Positions 59,967-64,000 of a stretch of DNA of 64,000 bases are shown piece by piece; positions within the stretch are counted from its first letter, which is position 1; each line of letters opens with the position of its first letter. The stretch comes from Geosiphon pyriformis uo1 (lineage: Eukaryota; Fungi; Glomeromycota), in the NCBI GenBank assembly GCA_016748015.1, contig JAAOMT010000328.1, forward strand, positions 248,001-312,000. Direction: 5' to 3'. A program made the position numbers and the translations under genes. The notes beneath the pieces were generated by a model, which searched no databases, was not told the origin of the DNA, and saw only the letters and a list, made by a program, of their open reading frames with translations.

Positions 59967-62900
59967 TGTTACCAGTAGAATTTTAGCTATTAATTAGCAT
60001 GAAATTACCCTTATAATTTCTATAATTAATTAGTATATTAATATCATTTCAAATTATCATTTATTATTTAATCAATTACCACATATCACGATTCAATTAA
60101 AATAATCTAATTAGTATAACAGAAAGTAGGATGATTAAATTATACAATACTCTGAACTTTGTAACATTCTAAAATTCGCCGAAATTTACAGAAATTCGCC
60201 GAAATTTATAAGAAATTCGCCGAAATTTACAGAAATTTGCCGAAATTATGAATAGTTCACCCAAATTAATCAATAGTTCAGCAAAATAACTTGTAGTTCA
60301 TCAAAATGTATCTTTAGTTCACCGAAATTTGAGCAAAGAGAAAAAGTGCAAGTTCATAGACTAGTACTACAACAAGTTGTATAAAAGAAGAGCTTTTCTC
60401 TTCAAGAAAATGTATTTTACTTTAGATTTATCACTTAGAACCATTCCTATACACACNNNNNNNNNNNNNNNNNNNNTATCTTTAGTTCACCGAAATTTGA
60501 GCAAAGAGAAAAAGTGCAAGTTCATAGACTAGTACTACAACAAGTTGTATAAAAGAAGAGCTTTTCTCTTCAAGAAAATGTATTTTACTTTAGATTTATC
60601 ACTTAGAACCATTCCTATACACACAAAAAGAAATAAATATCAAATAATTCAAAAAACCAAATTTTTTAATTATTGCACTTGGAAAATCCCCAAAACCCAA
60701 CTAACGTTTTGAAATTGATTAGCTACCAATTTCAGTAAACTGTTAGTGACTTCAGGCCTGGATAGAAAACGTTTCCCTTGACAAAATTTTATTTCTTTTA
60801 TATTTCTTTTATTTTCTTGTATTTTCTTATTACAATTATTAGGGTAGCCTACAGACAAGATTCCTGTAGAAGAGTTGACTTTCACAGCAAAGTAACTACA
60901 CATTTTAGTGAGCTTCCAGACAAGCAATTCCTGGAAAAGAGTTGACATTTATTACAACATAACTACATAAAGTAACTGGCAAGGAATTGGCCATTTCACT
61001 TATAAGCCCAGCAAATTCAAATTATAGAAGATAATTTGAAGATAAATTCAGTTATTGAAGGTTCAACTACTTCTAAAAAAGAAAAACGTGAATTTGCAAC
61101 CAACAGACATTTACAATATTCAAAAAAAGAGACCAAAAACCTCTGGTAACATTTGGTGCTCTCCTACAGAAACGACACAGCAAAAACAACTTCAAAGTGG
61201 CAACCACACCAGATGCAACAACTCTAGAGTATTACCAGTCAATTTACACCCACTGCAAACAAAGATTCAACATCCCAGATGGAATTGAAGTTATCAAGAA
61301 ATCAGTATACCAATACATTGAAAACCATATTAACAATTATTTTTTTGGAAATTACAACATCTCAAAAGTTAGAAGCAACCTTTACAATAATTTAGTGCAC
61401 TATTCACAGTTGGGAACTGAAAACCTTAACAGTGAAACACTTGCCACTTATTTTTAAAAACTTAATTTTAATATTATCCAGTACTGTGAAGAAACATATC
61501 TAGTGCAGTCTCAATACTCTATTGATTTTGAATCAGAGACAAAAACAAGCAACAAAGGCAAACAAAAACTGAAGCAATATTTAAGAACCATCCCAAATAC
61601 TCCAATACTACCAAAAACAACTGCCAAACACTTGCAAACACCTAAACAAAGAACCAGTGTCAAATTACTACTTTCTATTACACTATTTCTAATTTCACTT
61701 GTTCAACCACAAACACCAAGTTCATTACTTAAACGTTTCTCTAAACCAGAAGATTATCAGCCACCTAGAAATCTCACTCAACAGCAGAAACCAATATCAA
61801 CAAGTGCCAATATCATTGATTACTTACAAGAAAATGAAAGTAATCATTCAGAAAGTTTGGAAAGTAAAGAAACTGAATCAGAACAAGAAGAAACTACAGA
61901 AAACAAAGAAGAAATAGCAACTGCTTACATTGCAAAAATTCTGGAATTTACTGGTAAAGATAATGATACCAGTTTTCAAGAATGGCTTGACAAAGTTCAA
62001 AAAGCAAAAAATGCAAATGGTTGGATTGCAGCAAGAATGCTCAAAACGATCCCATATTTTTTCCAAAAAACTGCAGAAGAATGGTTTGAAAACTTAGAAG
62101 AACCATTTGAAAACTGGCAAGCATTTAAAGATGCTTTCTTAAAACAATTCACTAACAATAACATCTCTATTACTCTCTGCAATCGCTTTCGCAATATCAA
62201 ACAAGAAACATCTGAAACTGTCATAACTTATCTTGGAAGATTCAACAAACTTCTTCAACAGATTTGACAATTGGAGACCAATGATTATTATTCTGATGCT
62301 CAGATTCTGGACCAATTTATAGCAGGGTTAAAAGACAAACTGATTAAGAAAGTCTGTCCACATGCTCCAGCAGACTTAGCAACTGCTATTAGACATGTAA
62401 AGAGCTATGAAATGGCAATAGAAGAAGCAAATCACACCAAGCTTGTAAACCTTGCAATTGAAGAAACCAGCTCAGCAGCTGAAGAGAAAATAGACCAACT
62501 CACAAAAAAGGTTGAAAGCTACTTTACAAACCAACAACAACAGCAACAACAACCACAAAAATATCAACTCCCACAACAATGCAACCAAAACAATTTTGGA
62601 TTACCATCCAACAACCAACCTCAAAATTGTCATTATTGTGGAATTCCAGGACACTGGAAACAAGATTGTAGAAAATTACAAAAAGACCAACAAAACAGAA
62701 GTAATCAACGTTATTCTTTACCACAACAATCCTATTACCAATCTCCACCACCAACCTATTATTCACCAAGATCACAAAATCAAAACAGTTACTATCCACC
62801 AGCTTCACAACCAATGCAGCAATAATATCAGCAACCTTTACCAATTCAGCCATATCAGACACCACCCACTCAATAATATCAAATACTAGCAAGAAGATTG

Positions 62901-64000
62901 GTTCAACATAACCAATTCACACCCCAAAATCAATTGCAAAATAACCACAACAGAATCAATTCAAATAACCAGTTGGTTCCCCAAAATTCTGGTCAGCAAA
63001 GACCCAATCACTATCACACTCAACCCAGTTATCTTACAATACCAGAGGAATCGGATTTTCAACAAACTGCACTTTCTGAAGATGAAGTTGCAGTGCCAAG
63101 ATCAAACCCTTCCAACCACACCATTTCACCAGCTCAAATTGCCCAAAATACCAATCTGTCAGATATATTTCCATTTAAATTTGAAGCAAATGAATCATCA
63201 TTTCTGCTTAGTAATGCAGCAGTCAATAAACAGAAAGCAATTACTGCTATGTACACAGAAGCTATAGTGGAAGGAAAACCCATTCGCTTAATCTTAGATA
63301 GTAAATCAGCTGGAAGTATCATCACTTACCAGTTGATGCAACAACTCAAATGAAACATAGACAGACCAGCTTAAACAGTTATTGTTACAGCTGATAGTAT
63401 AAAGAAGACTCCAGTAAGAGAAATTGATAATTTTCCCTTTTCAATTGATGGAATCACCATTCCAGTTAAAGTTCTTGTTATAGATATACCCCAATACCAA
63501 GCTCTAGTCGGAAATGATTGGCTTCTCAAAGCCAATGCAAACCTGAACTGGAAAACTCAAGAACTTAAAATCTTATACCAAAGACAATATACCATAGTAC
63601 CTGTAATCTGTGGTACCTTTAACAAACAATCAGAAAAAGCCCCAGTATTTGAACTTGAAGAGGAGAAAGAAATGCCACTTACTAAAACCTACATGGCTCT
63701 TGGATTAACATCCAATTGGGCTGAAGAAACAGAACAGGAGATTTTTAAAGAATCAAGAGGATAGAAAAAAGTTAGATATTCTACACCAGAACCACGGAAA
63801 CAACCACCCTATATTCCACTCAAATGCAAAGATTGCAACAAAAAACTTTCATCAATGGGAGCATGTATTTCTCCAGAAGAAGAATATGAAACTTGTACCT
63901 GTTACTTTTGCAAAGCATGTCATAGAGAACGATTTGGATCTCCAAAAAGAAGTGGAAAATGGAACAACACACCTTGTTTTACATGTGGAGAAATGCTACT
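59967..64000 (+). mobile_element. Ty3/Gypsy element 'D' (same family as B) nested in C; runs off the window
   Basis: 5' LTR 59967-61151, PBS TGGTGCTCTCC, then gag/CCHC/protease/Cys-rich region collinear with 34578-37360. Confidence 0.93.
60457..60476. other. Assembly gap (20 N) with duplicated flanks
   Basis: About 148 bp before the Ns is repeated immediately after them. Confidence 0.95.

Noticed and set aside
60309-60624. ~148-bp direct repeat in LTR-D
   Set aside because: The copies flank a 20-N gap and the repeat is absent from LTR-B, so it is a scaffolding overlap artefact.

Overview
Eukaryotic, AT-rich, intron-rich fungal DNA; gene and TE style suggest an early-diverging fungus such as Glomeromycotina/Mucoromycota (inference). 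The first ~20.5 kb is a compact gene island: DDB1, a double-telobox Myb protein (Tay1/Teb1-like), SKP1, QCR7, an intronless sulfite reductase flavoprotein (Met10-type) with an unexpected N-terminal Met8/siroheme-synthase-like domain, a coiled-coil+RRM protein and bystin/ENP1. A decayed IS607-type element sits between the divergent SKP1 and QCR7 genes. It carries a serine recombinase running into a Fanzor2/TnpB nuclease, which has a candidate spliceosomal intron. The remaining ~43 kb is a deep nest of RNase H-containing LINEs and Ty3/Gypsy LTR retrotransposons. The Gypsy elements have 4-bp TSDs, a Cys-rich insert, a dUTPase, an integrase apparently separated from Pol, and an extra ORF behind a splice acceptor. 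Most TEs are eroded by C>T/G>A transitions to different degrees. All calls come from manual reading and translation; no database searches were run.
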